NCBI GenBank assembly: GCA_963771355.1
Contig: CAVYTA010000006.1
Span: forward strand, 768,001-832,000
DNA: 64,000 nt
Direction of reading: 5' to 3'
From: an uncultured Candidatus Rokubacteria bacterium
GTDB lineage: Bacteria; Methylomirabilota; Methylomirabilia; Rokubacteriales; CSP1-6
Shown here piece after piece: positions 46,138 to 57,865 of this stretch. Both the position numbers and the translations under genes were made by a program. The notes beneath the pieces are model-generated. The model was not told where the DNA came from and ran no database searches. It saw nothing but the letters and a program-made list of their open reading frames with translations. Position 1 is the stretch's first letter. Every line of letters begins with the position of its first letter.

Positions 46138-47535
46138 TCAGAAGCGGAGCAGGAGGAGGTAGGTGACGGTCACCGACAGATTGTTGGCCGCGTGCGCCAG
46201 GATTCCCGGCAGCAGGCTTCGCGTCCGTTCGTACGCGATTGCCCATAGCAGCCCCGAGATGAGCACCGAGAGAAACCCGGTCGGTCCGTATCCGTGGGCG
46301 ATGGCGAAGATGGAGGCGCTCGCCATGGCGGCCAGCGGCGGCCCGGTCTGCGTGCGGAGGGTGCCGTAGAGAAGGCCGCGGAAGGTGAGCTCCTCCACGA
46401 AGGGCGTCCAGACCACGGTATCCAGCACCCCCAGCACGATCTGCCAGGGCGGGTCCCAGAGAAGATCCTCCGGCAGCCCGTCCGCCCAGTGCGTGTCGAC
46501 GCCGAGCACGTTCGCGAGCGCGCCTATCCCGGCCTCCGCGGCGCCGCCCACGCCGGCGAGGACGAGGGCCGTGCCCAGCAGCCAGGCCAGGCGGCGCCGC
46601 GGTAGATCGAGGCCGAAGGCAGCCCGGAACGACTCCCCCCGCGCGTGAAGATAGGCGAGGGTCCACAGAATGACGGGGAGCCCGGCCGCGAAGGAAGCGG
46701 CGCGGAGTAAATCATGCGCGTCCGGGACGACGAGCAGGATCGCGAGGGTGAGGCCCAGCAGCCCGAGCACGCCGCGCACCACCAGGGCGTAGCCGTCGGC
46801 AAATCCCCAGGGGGGCGGCAGGGGAGCCGCGCCCAGCCGTGGAATGCCGCCGCGCGCCCGCGCCACCACGAGCAGCGCGATCGTGGCCCCGATCAGGGTC
46901 AGCTCGGTCGCGGTCAGTCCCAGCCAGCGGCCGAGCAAGCCGCGGCCCCGGGTCACGATGGCGGCCTCCGCACCCTCCGCGGTCGGAAGATCTCCCACCT
47001 TGCGCGCGATCCGCGCCACCAGGGTGTCGGTGAACCAGTTCTGGGGCAGGGTCGCGCGTACACGGGTGATGAGGGCGCGAGCTTCCTCGGGGGCCACCGA
47101 CTGTGGCGAGTAGGCCGCCACCACCGCCTCGTCGGCCTGCTCGTCATCGGGTGCCGGGTCGCCCGCCTCGGCCTGAAGGATGGCGTGGTAAAGGGCGGCC
47201 CTCTCGGAGTCCACCACCTCGAGCAGCTCGTCGTACCAGCGGAGCGCCTCCTCCACCGGATCGTCGGCGCCCGACAGCACCGTGTAGAGCCGTTGCTCCC
47301 ACGTCGGCGCCGAGCGGAGCGCGTCGCGGACGTCGAGGTCCCGCGTGACCAGCCGCTCCAGCGACTCCGCCGGCCGCTCGAGCTGGTCGAGCGGTGAGCC
47401 CCGCCAGGGGGCGGCGTAGAGGGACATGAGGACCAAGACGACCACGGTGCAGAACACCGTGAACCCGGGGGAAAAGTAGCGCGCGGGACGCCGAGGCTCC
47501 GGGATCGCAACCTCTTCCGTCGAAGTGCCGATCAT
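46138..47535 (-). CDS. CPBP (Abi/CAAX) family intramembrane metalloprotease with N-terminal extracytoplasmic domain
   Basis: PFVEELTFRG, FAIAH, HAANN motifs, multiple TM segments. Confidence 0.88.
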   Translation of the reverse strand: MIGTSTEEVAIPEPRRPARYFSPGFTVFCTVVVLVLMSLYAAPWRGSPLDQLERPAESLERLVTRDLDVRDALRSAPTWEQRLYTVLSGADDPVEEALRWYDELLEVVDSERAALYHAILQAEAGDPAPDDEQADEAVVAAYSPQSVAPEEARALITRVRATLPQNWFTDTLVARIARKVGDLPTAEGAEAAIVTRGRGLLGRWLGLTATELTLIGATIALLVVARARGGIPRLGAAPLPPPWGFADGYALVVRGVLGLLGLTLAILLVVPDAHDLLRAASFAAGLPVILWTLAYLHARGESFRAAFGLDLPRRRLAWLLGTALVLAGVGGAAEAGIGALANVLGVDTHWADGLPEDLLWDPPWQIVLGVLDTVVWTPFVEELTFRGLLYGTLRTQTGPPLAAMASASIFAIAHGYGPTGFLSVLISGLLWAIAYERTRSLLPGILAHAANNLSVTVTYLLLLRF

Positions 47536-47609
47536 GCGCGCGCAGTATAGCATCGCGGGCGCTCAGCATCCGGTCGGCCCCGGCGTCCGCATCTGGTATG
47601 GTCCAGGGC

Positions 47610-48422
47610 ATGTACGGCAAGTCTGCCGCGGAGTTCCCGGGGCGCATCGTCTGTCTCTCGACCGAGCACGTGGAGATCTGCTATGCGCTGGGCGCGGGCG
47701 ACCGGGTGGTGGGCGTGCCCGGCACCGCGGAGCGCCCACCCGAGGCGCGTGACAAGCCGCGGGTGGGCGGCTTCACGTCGTTTCGGATCGACCGCATCGT
47801 CCAGCTCGAGCCCGAGCTGGTGCTGGCCTTCTCGGATCTTCAGGCCGACGTCACCGCCGAGCTGTTGCGCGCCGGCCTCACCGTGCTCTGTACCAATCAG
47901 CGCTCGGTGGACGACATCTTCCAGACCATCCTCATGGTCGGCGGCGCGCTGGGGCTGGCCGACCGCGCGCGCGGCCTGGTGCTCGACATGCGAGACGAGA
48001 TCCGGCAGGTGCGCGAGTACTCGAGCGTGTGGCCGGATCGCCCCCGCGTCTACTTCGAGGAGTGGCCGGATCCCCCGATCGCGGGCATTCGCTGGGTATC
48101 CGAGATCATCGAGCTCGCGGGCGGCCGCGACGTCTTCCCGGAGCTGCGGCGCGAGGCGTCGGCGCGCGGGCGGGTGGTGGATCTCGCCGAGGTTGCCCGC
48201 CGCGATCCGCAGATCATCCTCGCCTCGTGGTGCGGCAAGCCCGTGGACATCGCCGCCATCCGCGCGCGCCCCGGCTGGGAAGCCGTCAGCGCGGTGAAGG
48301 CCGGCGAGATCCACCCTCTCGACGGGGCTGATATCCTGAGTCCAGGGCCCGCGGTGCTCGGCGGTCTCCGACAGATCCACGAGATCGTCCAGACCTTCCA
48401 GGCGAAGTCCGGCGACGCCTGA
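47610..48422 (+). CDS. Cobalamin/iron-siderophore binding-fold protein (BtuF-like), no signal peptide
   Basis: RIVCLS, PELVLAFSDLQA, VYFEEWPDP, WVSEIIELAGG, SWCGK, ILSPGP. Confidence 0.85.
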   Translation: MYGKSAAEFPGRIVCLSTEHVEICYALGAGDRVVGVPGTAERPPEARDKPRVGGFTSFRIDRIVQLEPELVLAFSDLQADVTAELLRAGLTVLCTNQRSVDDIFQTILMVGGALGLADRARGLVLDMRDEIRQVREYSSVWPDRPRVYFEEWPDPPIAGIRWVSEIIELAGGRDVFPELRREASARGRVVDLAEVARRDPQIILASWCGKPVDIAAIRARPGWEAVSAVKAGEIHPLDGADILSPGPAVLGGLRQIHEIVQTFQAKSGDA

Positions 48423-48594
48423 AAGCCCTTCGAGTAATCTCCGGCCGAAGCAGGTGGAAGTGCTTGGAATTCGTGAACTCACGCCGCGTCGGCACGTGAA
48501 TCTCTGCGCCTCAACTCGGCGTCACAAAAAGTGAAAGAGCCCACCGGGGCGAGTGCTAGGATGTGGTCCTCCTCGCAGCCCCACGGAGACTGAA

Positions 48595-50027
<1,433 letters not shown>

Positions 50028-50031
<4 letters not shown>

Positions 50032-51374
50032 CGGGGCCGCTGCTGGGGCTCCTCGCCGACGTGCTCGAGGGCGCGCGAAAGAAAGGCGCCACCGAGGCCG
50101 ACGCCTACGTGGGCGAGGACCAGTCGTTCTCGGCGCAAGTCCGCATGGGGCAGGTGGACACGGTGAAGCACGCGCGCGACCAGCACCTCGCCCTGCGGGT
50201 GTTCGTGGGACGGTCCGCCGCCGCCGCCTCCACCTCCGATCTCACCCGTGAGTCCCTGGACCGCCTGGTGGACGAGGCGGTGACGCTCGCGCGCATCACC
50301 GCGCCCGACGCGCTTTCCGGGCTGCCGGAGGCTGCCGCCCTGGCCCGCGCCGTGCCCGATCTCCACCTGGACGATCCCGCCGGTCATGACCTGACGCCGG
50401 AGGCCAAGATCGACCTGGCACGGCGCTGCGAGCAGGCCGCGCTGGCCTTCGACCCGCGCATCACGAACTCGGAGGGCGGTGACTTCTCGGACGGTCACGC
50501 GCGCTACGCGTACGCGACGTCGCATGGCTTTGCCGGCGAGTACCGCACCTCGTCGTTCAGCCTTTCCGCCTCTCCCCTCGCGACCGAGAACGGCGAGATG
50601 CAGCGGGACGGGTGGTACCACGTCACCCGACGGCGCGCGGGTCTGGACTCGCCGGAAGAGGTCGGGCGTACCGCGGCCCGGCGCGCGCTGCGCCGGCTGG
50701 GGGCCCGGCGCGTCAAGACCGCGGAGGTGCCCGTGATCTTCGACCCGCAGATGGCGGCCACGCTGGTCCGGCACATCGCGGGGGCGGCGGCGGGGCCCGC
50801 GCTCTACCGCGGGGCGAGCTTCCTCCTGAACCGGCTGGGCCAGTCCATCGCCGCGCCCTCGATCACCATCGTGGACGACGGCACCGTGCCGGGCGCGCTG
50901 GGCTCGCGCCCCTTCGACGGCGAGGGGCTGCCCATTCAGCGGACGGTGCTGGTGGACAAGGGCGTGCTCGCCTCGTACCTCCTCGACACCTACAGCGGCC
51001 GCAAGCTCGGCCTCCCCTCCACGCATCACGCCGCTCGGGACGGCAGCGGGGTGAGCGTGTCGACCACCAATCTGTCCCTCGCCGCCGGCGAGTCGTCCCC
51101 GGAGGCGCTGATCCGCGGCGTGAAGAACGGGCTCTACGTCAGCGAGCTCATCGGCTTCGGCGTCAACGGGGTCACCGGCGACTATTCGCGCGGCGCCGTC
51201 GGCTACTGGATCGAGAACGGCGAGCTCGCCTATCCGGTGGAGGAGATCACGGTGGCGGGCAATCTCCTCGAGATGTTCCAGGCGGTGGAGGGGGTCGGTA
51301 ACGACCTCGTCTTCCGGGACCGCACCGCGGCGCCCACGCTCCTCATCGGTCGCATGGTCGTGGCGGGCGCGTGA
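50028..51374 (+). CDS. pmbA: TldE/PmbA protein
   Basis: SRPFDGEG, GVNGVTGDYSRGA, PVEEITVAGNL; no HExxH; ATGA overlap with tldD. Confidence 0.93.
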
Positions 51375-52156
51375 TCGTCGACAGCCACTGCCACCTGCAC
51401 GACGCCGTCTTCGCGGACACTCGGGGCACGCTCGTGCGCGCGCTGGACTCGGACGTGTGGGGTGTGGTGGCGGTGGGCTGCGATCCCGCCACCAATGCGC
51501 GCACCCTGGCGGTGGCCGACGGCCACCGCAAGTCGGTGTGGGCCGCGCTCGGCTTCCACCCGGAATGGGAGGCGCTTACCGACGCGGATCTCGAGCAGGT
51601 GGAAGGCCAGGTCGCCGAGCACCACGCGCGCATCGTCGCGGTGGGCGAGATCGGGCTCCCCTGGTACAACCTCGGCGCCGCCACCGACGCGGCCGGGCTG
51701 ATCGCTCGGGGGCGTGCGCGCCTCGAGCGGCTGCTCCGGCTCGCCGCCCGCTTCGACCTGCCGGTGGTGCTGCACGCGCCTCACGGCGCCGCCGCCGACG
51801 CGCTGGATGCGCTGGGCCGGGCCGGGGTCGAACGCGCGGTCTTCCACTGGCACAAGGCGCCGATGGACGTGACGCGCGCCATCGTGGACGCGGGCCACTT
51901 CGTCTCCGTCACGCCCGAGGTGGTGTACCGCGAGCGGGACCGCGAGCTGGTGGAGGCGGTGTCGCTCGACTCGCTGCTCGTCGAGAGCGACGGCCCGTGG
52001 CGGTACGGAGGCGAGTTCGAGCTCGAGCCGTCCGGCCCCTGGATGGCCGCGCGCGTGGCGGAGGAGGTAGCCAAGATCAAGGGCCTCCCCGTCGACGAGA
52101 CGATGTACCGGCTGTCCGTGAATGTCTGCCGGCTCTTCGACCTCGTCTGGGCCTAG
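51371..52156 (+). CDS. TatD family hydrolase
   Basis: DSHCHL, GFHP, VGEIGL, VLH, FHW, VESDGP. Confidence 0.9.
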   Translation: MIVDSHCHLHDAVFADTRGTLVRALDSDVWGVVAVGCDPATNARTLAVADGHRKSVWAALGFHPEWEALTDADLEQVEGQVAEHHARIVAVGEIGLPWYNLGAATDAAGLIARGRARLERLLRLAARFDLPVVLHAPHGAAADALDALGRAGVERAVFHWHKAPMDVTRAIVDAGHFVSVTPEVVYRERDRELVEAVSLDSLLVESDGPWRYGGEFELEPSGPWMAARVAEEVAKIKGLPVDETMYRLSVNVCRLFDLVWA

Positions 52157-52877
52157 CGAGCGTTTCTCCGTCCGCGTGGGCGGCCTCGCCATCGCCGGGG
52201 TCCTGCACCTTCCGCCCTCACGTCCCGCCCCGTGCGTGGTCGCGTGCCACGGCCTGGGCGCGTCGAAGGACAGCGACAAGTACTTGCTCCTCGGCCGGAT
52301 GATGCCGGAGGCCGGCTTCGCGCTCGCACGCTTCGACTTCCGCGGGGCGGGGGAATCCGGCGGCTCGTACCGTGACGCCACCATCGCCAGTCGCATCGCC
52401 GATCTCGAGGCGGTGCTCGAGCACCTGGCCGCTCATCCCTCGCTGTCCGGCCGCGTCGGTCTGCTCGGCTCGAGCCTGGGCGGGTTCGTCGCGCTGCACG
52501 CGGCCCATCGGCGCCGGGCCCGGGGAGCGTATGTGGTGGTAACCTGGAATGCGCCGTCGGCCCTCCGTGACCTGGACGCGCGAGAGATGTCCGAAGACAC
52601 CGGGCTGGGGCCGGCCCTGGTCGCGGAAGTCCAGGCCGGTCAGCTTGCGGACGCGCCGACGGGCGTGAGCCACCTCCTGGTGATCCAGGGCGAGGCGGAC
52701 GAGGTGGTGCCGCCCGCGCACGGGCCGGCGCTGCATGCTCGAGCGCGCGAGCCGCGGGCGCTGCACTGGATTGCGGGAGCCGATCACCGGCTCACCGACC
52801 CGCGGCATCGAATGGACGCCGTGGAGCGAAGCCGGGGCTGGATGACCGAGCATCTGAAGGAGACCGAGCCGCGATGA
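52122..52877 (+). CDS. Alpha/beta fold hydrolase
   Basis: CHG, RFDFRGAGES, GSSLGG, QGEADEVV, GADH; start approximate. Confidence 0.87.
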   Translation: MSAGSSTSSGPSERFSVRVGGLAIAGVLHLPPSRPAPCVVACHGLGASKDSDKYLLLGRMMPEAGFALARFDFRGAGESGGSYRDATIASRIADLEAVLEHLAAHPSLSGRVGLLGSSLGGFVALHAAHRRRARGAYVVVTWNAPSALRDLDAREMSEDTGLGPALVAEVQAGQLADAPTGVSHLLVIQGEADEVVPPAHGPALHARAREPRALHWIAGADHRLTDPRHRMDAVERSRGWMTEHLKETEPR

Positions 52878-54058
52878 TCAACCAGAAGCGCCTGACGGAA
52901 GAGTTCCTCGAGCTGACCGCCATCCCGAGCCTGTCCCGACAGGAGGGCCCGATCGCACGGCGGCTCGAGTCCATTCTCAAAGGCATGGGCGCCAGCGTGG
53001 AGGTGGACGACGCCGGCGAGAAGGTGGGCGGGAATACCGGCAACATCCTCGCGCGCTTCACGGGGACGGACGCGGACGCGGCCCCCCTGCTGCTCTCGGG
53101 CCACATGGACACCGTGGGACCGGCCAGCCAGGTCCGTACCGTGATCGAGGGCGACATCATCCATACCGACCACACGAGCGTGCTGGGCGGCGACGACAAG
53201 GCCGGGCTGGTGGCCATCCTCGAGGCCATCCGGGTGCTCCGCGAGCGCCGGCTGCCGCACGGGGACCTCGAGGTCGTGATCACGATCTGCGAGGAGACCG
53301 GGCTGCTCGGCGCGAAGCACTTCGATACGACCCGGCTGCGCGCGCGACGCGGCCTGGTCCTCGACGTGGACGGCGTCAATGAGCTGGTCACCCGGGCGCC
53401 CGCCGCCAACCGGCTCTCCTTCACCGTCCACGGGCTCGAGGCGCATGCGGGCATCTGCCCGGAGCGCGGGATCAGCGCCGTCCAGGTGGCGAGCGAGGCG
53501 ATCGCCGGCATGCGGCTGGGACGCGTGGACGACGAGACCACCGCCAACCTGGGCGTCATCCAGGGCGGCCTCGCGACCAATATCGTGCCGAGCCAGGTGG
53601 TGGTCCGCGGGGAGACGCGGAGCCTCTCCGAGGCCAAGCTCAAGGCGCAGACCGAGCACATGCGGAACCGCTTCGAGGACGCGGTGGCGCGCCATGCCGT
53701 CACCCTCGAAGGCCGGGAGCACCGGGCGCGGCTGGAGGCCAAAGTCGAGCGCCAGTACGAGCGCCTGGACATCGCCGACGGCGCCACCATTGTTCGCCTC
53801 GTCACGGCGGCGGCCCAGGCGCTGGGTCGCAAGTGTCCCACCCGCAGCACGGGGGGCGGCTCGGATGCCAATGTCTTCATGGCCCGCGGGCTGGAAGTCG
53901 CCAATCTCGCGTGCGGGATGCGCGACATCCATACCGTGAACGAGTGGGTGGACGTGAAGGACCTGGTGGCCACCGCCGAGCTCGTGCTGGAGACCATCCG
54001 AGCGAACGCCCAATCCGCTGATCGGTCAATCGGCCAATCGGGTACACGCGGCGGATGA
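52874..54058 (+). CDS. M20/M25/M40 metallopeptidase (peptidase T-like)
   Basis: GHMDTV, LGGDDKAG, CEETGL, GGGSDAN, IHTVNE. Confidence 0.92.
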   Translation: MINQKRLTEEFLELTAIPSLSRQEGPIARRLESILKGMGASVEVDDAGEKVGGNTGNILARFTGTDADAAPLLLSGHMDTVGPASQVRTVIEGDIIHTDHTSVLGGDDKAGLVAILEAIRVLRERRLPHGDLEVVITICEETGLLGAKHFDTTRLRARRGLVLDVDGVNELVTRAPAANRLSFTVHGLEAHAGICPERGISAVQVASEAIAGMRLGRVDDETTANLGVIQGGLATNIVPSQVVVRGETRSLSEAKLKAQTEHMRNRFEDAVARHAVTLEGREHRARLEAKVERQYERLDIADGATIVRLVTAAAQALGRKCPTRSTGGGSDANVFMARGLEVANLACGMRDIHTVNEWVDVKDLVATAELVLETIRANAQSADRSIGQSGTRGG

Positions 54059-54146
54059 GGGTTTCCCGGGGCCCCTAGCCCCGGACCCCCGCGGTGCGCT
54101 ATCCTGGGCTACCCCGCGGTGGCGGGGAGGTTTCGCCCAGGAGGCA

Positions 54147-54458
54147 ATGGTCATGCAACGGATCCTGATCGTCGGGATGCTCCTTCTCGCTCTGGTCACC
54201 ATTCCGGCAGCGCTTGGACTGGCCGCGGGCCCCAGCACGACCCCGACTCCGCCCGCCACCGTCGCCACCCAGCTGCCAACGGCCCCGCCTCCTCCCGCCG
54301 CGCTGGGGCCTGGGCTCGGAACGCCCAATCCTTTTGCGACGCTCGGGAATCCAGGCTCGACGAGCTTTCAGCCCGGCGTCGCGAATCCGCAGAGCAATCC
54401 CCATCCGATGCTGCCGTGGGGTGACGGCCAGATCGGGGGGAGCGATACGGGCAGGTGA
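54147..54458 (+). CDS. Secreted Pro-rich hypothetical protein (possibly the N-terminal part of a frameshifted gene)
   Basis: AGGAGG SD, signal peptide, Pro/Thr/Asn-rich body. Confidence 0.65.
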   Translation: MVMQRILIVGMLLLALVTIPAALGLAAGPSTTPTPPATVATQLPTAPPPPAALGPGLGTPNPFATLGNPGSTSFQPGVANPQSNPHPMLPWGDGQIGGSDTGR

Positions 54459-54751
54459 TCCGCTACTGGGAGCAGCATCCCCAGATCGTCTACAACGTCG
54501 AGATCGTGCTGGTCACGGAGGAGGAGATCAGGCCGGAAAGCGAGCCACAGGGTCAGCCCGGAGCTCCGATCCAGGGAGCGCTTCAGGCGAAGGCGGGACG
54601 GCCGCGTGAGCCGCAGTCCGTGACCGTCCCCGGCTCCTGGATCGCCGAGACCACGCGCGGCTATGTCCACATGCCCCGCTGGGCCCTTCAGGAGCTCGGC
54701 GCCGGGCGTTACCAGTGGGTGCTGATCGGCGCCTGGTTCCAGCCCAAGTAA
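54455..54751 (+). CDS. Hypothetical protein (possibly the C-terminal part of the preceding gene)
   Basis: GC3-rich codon usage; VPGSWIAETTRGY...YQW; GTGA overlap with the upstream ORF. Confidence 0.6.
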   Translation: MIRYWEQHPQIVYNVEIVLVTEEEIRPESEPQGQPGAPIQGALQAKAGRPREPQSVTVPGSWIAETTRGYVHMPRWALQELGAGRYQWVLIGAWFQPK

Positions 54752-54752
54752 C

Positions 54753-55556
54753 GTGCCCGACCTCGTCCAGGAGCGGATCGGGGACCTCCTCCTCGATCAT
54801 GCTCCGGCACGAGGGCCCGCCCGGCCGCTTCCGCTGCTTCTGGTGCATGGCATGCACGGCGGGAGCTGGTACCTCGAGAATTACTTGAAGGCCGCGGCCG
54901 CCACCGGCTGGGACACCTGGGCCGTCAATCTCCGCGGGCACTGGGGCAGCCGCCCCGTCGCCGATCTCGGCCGGGTCTCGGTGCTCGACTATGTCGAGGA
55001 CGTGCGCGACTGCCTTCGCGCGCTGGGTCCGGCGGCCGTGCTCGGCCACTCGATGGGAGGTTTGGTCGCCCAGAAGATCGCGGAGGAAGGCGCCGTCCCG
55101 GCCGCGGTCTTTCTCACCAGCGCGCCCCCCCGCGGGATCCTCGTGCTGCGCTGGCGGGTGCTGTCCCGCATGTGGCGGTACGCCGGAGCGGTACTCGGGA
55201 GCCGTCCCTTCCAGCCCAGCCCGGACGATGCCGCCGCCCTCATCGCCAATCGCCTGTCACGCGAGACCCAGCGGCAACTCTATCCAAAGTTGGTCCCGGA
55301 ATCCGGCCGCGCCGCGCGCGAGCTGGCGCTGGGCTCGGTGCGTGTCGACGCGAGTCGGGTACGGTGCCCGCTGCTGGTGGTGGGGGCCGAGCACGATGCC
55401 ATCACCTCCGCCGGGATACAGCGGAAGATCGCCGCGAAGTACGGTGCCACCTATCTGGAGGCGGCGGGCCACGCACACATGCTGATGCTCGAGGACGGCT
55501 GGGAGGGCCCCTTCAAGGCCATCCTGTCCTGGCTCGACGAGGCCACCAACCGCTAG
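54753..55556 (+). CDS. Alpha/beta fold hydrolase
   Basis: LVHGM, NLRGH, GHSMGG, D and H triad residues (HDAIT, HAHML). Confidence 0.88.
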   Translation: MPDLVQERIGDLLLDHAPARGPARPLPLLLVHGMHGGSWYLENYLKAAAATGWDTWAVNLRGHWGSRPVADLGRVSVLDYVEDVRDCLRALGPAAVLGHSMGGLVAQKIAEEGAVPAAVFLTSAPPRGILVLRWRVLSRMWRYAGAVLGSRPFQPSPDDAAALIANRLSRETQRQLYPKLVPESGRAARELALGSVRVDASRVRCPLLVVGAEHDAITSAGIQRKIAAKYGATYLEAAGHAHMLMLEDGWEGPFKAILSWLDEATNR

Positions 55557-57055
55557 CGTGCGGCGAGCGACTCCGCAGACCGGCGGATCTGCGCGGATGC
55601 TTCCTCGCCCGCCGTCTTGCCGAACACCGAGCCCGACATGAGCCCGGACCCTCCCGCGTAGTTGTGATAGAAAAGGCCGCCCACCAGCTCGCCCGCCGCG
55701 TAAAGGCCGGAGATCGGCAGGTCCGCGGTGTCGAGCACTTCCGCCCGGGTGTTCACGCGGAGCCCGCCGAAGGTGAAGGTGATGCCGCAGGTCACCGCGA
55801 AGCCCAGATAGGGCGGGGTGTCGATGGGCACCGCCCAGTTGGACTTGGGCGGAGTGATGCCGCGCGTGGCCTTGCCGTCCAGCACGGCGGGGTTGAACTC
55901 GCCGGGCTGGCAGGCGGCGTTGAACTCCCTCACGGTGCGGGCCAGCCCCTCCACGTCGATGTCGAGCTGGCGCGCGAGGTCCTCGATGGTCGAGGCCTCG
56001 GCCTTGGTGACCTGGCGGATCCGGTATTCCTCTCGAAGGATCTCGGCGGTTTTCTGGTCGAAGATCTGGAAGGCCAGTCGCTGCGGCTGGCGGATGATCT
56101 CACGGCCGTACTTGGCATAGGTATAGTTCCGGAGGTCCGCGCCCTCGTCCACGAAGCGGGCGCCGTGGACGTTGACGATGAGCCCGAGCGGGTAGGAGTG
56201 CTTCTGGAACATGTCGCCCACGCGGCGGTCCCCGAAGGGCGGCGCGCCCGCGTCCCAGGCCACCGCGTGGCAGGACGACCAGTGGCCGTAGGCCTGGGCC
56301 CCGATGTCCAGCGCCATGCGGATGCCCTCGCCGGTATTGTGCCGGGTGCCGCGCACCTTGGCGAGGTCCCAGTCCGGGCCGAGGTAGCGCGTCCGCCACT
56401 CCGGATTCGCCTCGAAGCCGCCCGCCGCGATGACGACGGCACGGGCGGACAGCTCGCGAAGGCCGGCCGGCGTGCGCACCTGTACCCCCGTCACGCGTCC
56501 CGTGTCGTCCTGGAGCAGGCGGTGCGCGGCGTGCGAGTAGCGCACCTCGATACCGGCGGCCTCCGCGCGGTCGAGGAGCATCTGGACCAGGCCCGGCCCG
56601 CCGCCCACCGCCTCCACGTTGAGCCCGCCCCAGAAGCGGTGCTTCCCGCCCACCTGGTAGGATTGCCGGCCGTGCATGAGGATCCAGCGGAGGCCGCGCT
56701 CGCGCATCCACGCCACCGTGGCACGGGAGCGCCGGATGAGATGCTCGGAGAGGTCGGTGTCGGTGAGCCCTTCGGTGACGCGGAGCAGATCGTCCCGGAA
56801 CTGGGACTCGGGATAGGGCGGCACCTCGATGGCCACCGCCTCCTCGTCGGAGAGATCGGTGAGGATGTCGCGCCGCAGGTCGGCGAGCCCCTCGTGAGCG
56901 AAGCGGAAGCCGCCGGCGGTGAAGAAGGAGTTGCCGCCGCGCTCGTGCTCCGGCGCCTTCTCGAGGACGAGGACGGAGGCCCCCCCTTCGCGCGCGGCCA
57001 GCGCGGCGCAGAGCGCGGCATTGCCACAGCCGATGACGATGACGTCGGGATTCAC
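55553..57055 (-). CDS. tcuA: FAD-dependent tricarballylate dehydrogenase-like flavoprotein
   Basis: GCGNAALCAALAARE, GGNSFFT, GGFEAN, VRGT, GITFTFGG, NYAGGSGLMSGSVFG. Confidence 0.85.
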   Translation of the reverse strand: MNPDVIVIGCGNAALCAALAAREGGASVLVLEKAPEHERGGNSFFTAGGFRFAHEGLADLRRDILTDLSDEEAVAIEVPPYPESQFRDDLLRVTEGLTDTDLSEHLIRRSRATVAWMRERGLRWILMHGRQSYQVGGKHRFWGGLNVEAVGGGPGLVQMLLDRAEAAGIEVRYSHAAHRLLQDDTGRVTGVQVRTPAGLRELSARAVVIAAGGFEANPEWRTRYLGPDWDLAKVRGTRHNTGEGIRMALDIGAQAYGHWSSCHAVAWDAGAPPFGDRRVGDMFQKHSYPLGLIVNVHGARFVDEGADLRNYTYAKYGREIIRQPQRLAFQIFDQKTAEILREEYRIRQVTKAEASTIEDLARQLDIDVEGLARTVREFNAACQPGEFNPAVLDGKATRGITPPKSNWAVPIDTPPYLGFAVTCGITFTFGGLRVNTRAEVLDTADLPISGLYAAGELVGGLFYHNYAGGSGLMSGSVFGKTAGEEASAQIRRSAESLAAR

Positions 57056-57059
57056 GGGC

Positions 57060-57857
57060 TCAAGCGCTCCCACGCGGGGCAACGAGGATGACGAGACCAA
57101 GGGCGATCCGGTACCAGCCGAAGCCGACGAAGGTATGGGTCTGCACGAAGCGGAGCAGCCAGCGGACGGTGACGAGGGCCGCGAGACCGGACACCGCCGT
57201 GCCCAGCAGCACCAGGGCCCAGCTGGTGTGGACGGGGTCGGGATGCCGCATCGCGTGCAGCGCCTCGTAGCCCCCCGCCGCGAGCAGGGTGGGGACGCCC
57301 AGGAGGAAGGAGAATTCGGTCGCCGCGGGCCGCGCGAGCCCCAGGGCGAGCGCGACGAGTATGGTCGCCCCGGAGCGCGAGGTGCCGGGAAAGACCGCGG
57401 CCATGATCTGTGCGAGCCCCACCGCGGCCGCGACCGCCCAGGTGACGTCCCCGCGCCGAGGCTTGCCGCGCAGCCAGCGTTCCACCACCAGGATGACGAG
57501 ACCGCCGACGAGGGTGGCCCACGCCACCGGCGCGGCGTCCTTGGGGAGCGTGACGCCGAGCATTCTGACCCCGAAGCCGCCCACCGCGGTGATGACGAAG
57601 GCCAGCGCCAGTTTGAGCACGAAGCTCCGCGTCGCCGGCTCGCGGCGCCGCGCGGCCAGCTCGCGCAGGCGGGTGGAGAACGCCAGCGCCACCGCCACCG
57701 CGGTGCCCGATTGGATCAGCACGTTGAAGAGGTCGGACTGGCGTGGCAGCAGCCCCGTGTTCTCCACCAGGAGCAGATGGCCGGTCGAGGAGACCGGGAG
57801 AAATTCCGTGACCCCTTCGATGATGCCCAGGGCGATCACGGCGGCCCAGTCGGGCAC
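57060..57857 (-). CDS. uppP: Undecaprenyl-diphosphate phosphatase
   Basis: GIIEGVTEFLPVSSTGH, PGTSRSGAT, EFSFLL, FGWYRI. Confidence 0.95.
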   Translation of the reverse strand: MPDWAAVIALGIIEGVTEFLPVSSTGHLLLVENTGLLPRQSDLFNVLIQSGTAVAVALAFSTRLRELAARRREPATRSFVLKLALAFVITAVGGFGVRMLGVTLPKDAAPVAWATLVGGLVILVVERWLRGKPRRGDVTWAVAAAVGLAQIMAAVFPGTSRSGATILVALALGLARPAATEFSFLLGVPTLLAAGGYEALHAMRHPDPVHTSWALVLLGTAVSGLAALVTVRWLLRFVQTHTFVGFGWYRIALGLVILVAPRGSA

Positions 57858-57865
57858 CGGCGCGG

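Noticed and set aside
54147..54458. RiPP precursor for the TldDE operon
   Set aside because: It has a Sec-type signal peptide and no Cys/Ser/Gly-rich core, and no YcaO or other maturase is nearby
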